Source: Raillietiella orientalis
Taxonomy: Eukaryota
Assembly: GCA_036172245.1 (NCBI GenBank)
Contig: JAYWIR010000031.1
Location: forward strand, 682,001 to 746,000
DNA: 64,000 nt
Reading direction: 5' to 3'
The notes below the pieces were generated by a model. It was not told the DNA's origin. It searched no databases and worked only from the letters and a program-made list of their open reading frames with translations. Both the position numbers and the translations under genes were made by a program. Positions within the stretch are counted from its first letter, which is position 1. The number at the start of each line of letters is the position of its first letter. This document shows positions 63,546 to 64,000 of the stretch, piece by piece.

Positions 63546-64000
63546 CCGTTGCTAATCACCTTTCGTTCAAATTTTGCTAATCACCTTTTTTGTTAATTAA
63601 TTATTCCTGCTCGTGTCAAATGAGAAACTGCTTCATCCAAGAATAAATCAAAATCTATTTTTCAATTCTAATGCAGCCTAGGCTATACTTGGACAAATTG
63701 TGCCGCCTTATGGTTGGCTCTAACATTCAATATGGCTGCGATCTATATCGGACCCATAGATTGGGAGCATGCTCCCGGTGAAGAATATTTCTTAGAGACG
63801 AGACCAACTGATGAAGCTGCAGATGCTGTTTTCTCTTAAAGACGTCCCCACGCCTTCACACGCACAGAATAAAATGAAGATGATGAAGATTGCTCACACC
63901 AGGTAAAGAACGCAGCTGCGACTCATCTGCTGAGAATAAAAACCTTTCCACCCACTCACCGCCTTTCTAGAAGAACAGGAAACACATGGGCCTCTGTTTC

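Noticed and set aside
1..64000. CRISPR array, rRNA or snRNA genes
   Set aside because: No regularly spaced repeats or recognisable conserved RNA sequence seen.

Overview
Eukaryotic (most likely arthropod) intergenic DNA with no intact host gene. It is a dense transposon graveyard: many decayed Mutator-like/Kolobok-type DDE transposase fragments, piggyBac and hAT remnants, a fold-back mariner MITE, a NeSL/Utopia-type RLE LINE fragment, and about ten pieces of an L1/Tx1-like family, four of which carry a tRNA-like A/B-box head. The main feature is a ~3.1 kb AT-rich Wolbachia-like insert (~40000-43086). It holds an RND adaptor 3' end, a GTA-type terminase pseudogene interrupted by a 116-bp MITE, Wolbachia palindromic repeats and a truncated IS5 transposase. 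It splits one Tx1-like copy almost base-precisely and has a perfect 15-bp fold-back at its left junction. Nearby lies an intronless Notch 5' fragment (EGF1-4 joined to EGF8-11) followed directly by a LINE RT remnant. Perfect short hairpins are in clear excess across the window. Family calls come from motif recognition by eye; no searches were run, and coordinates of degenerate elements are approximate.
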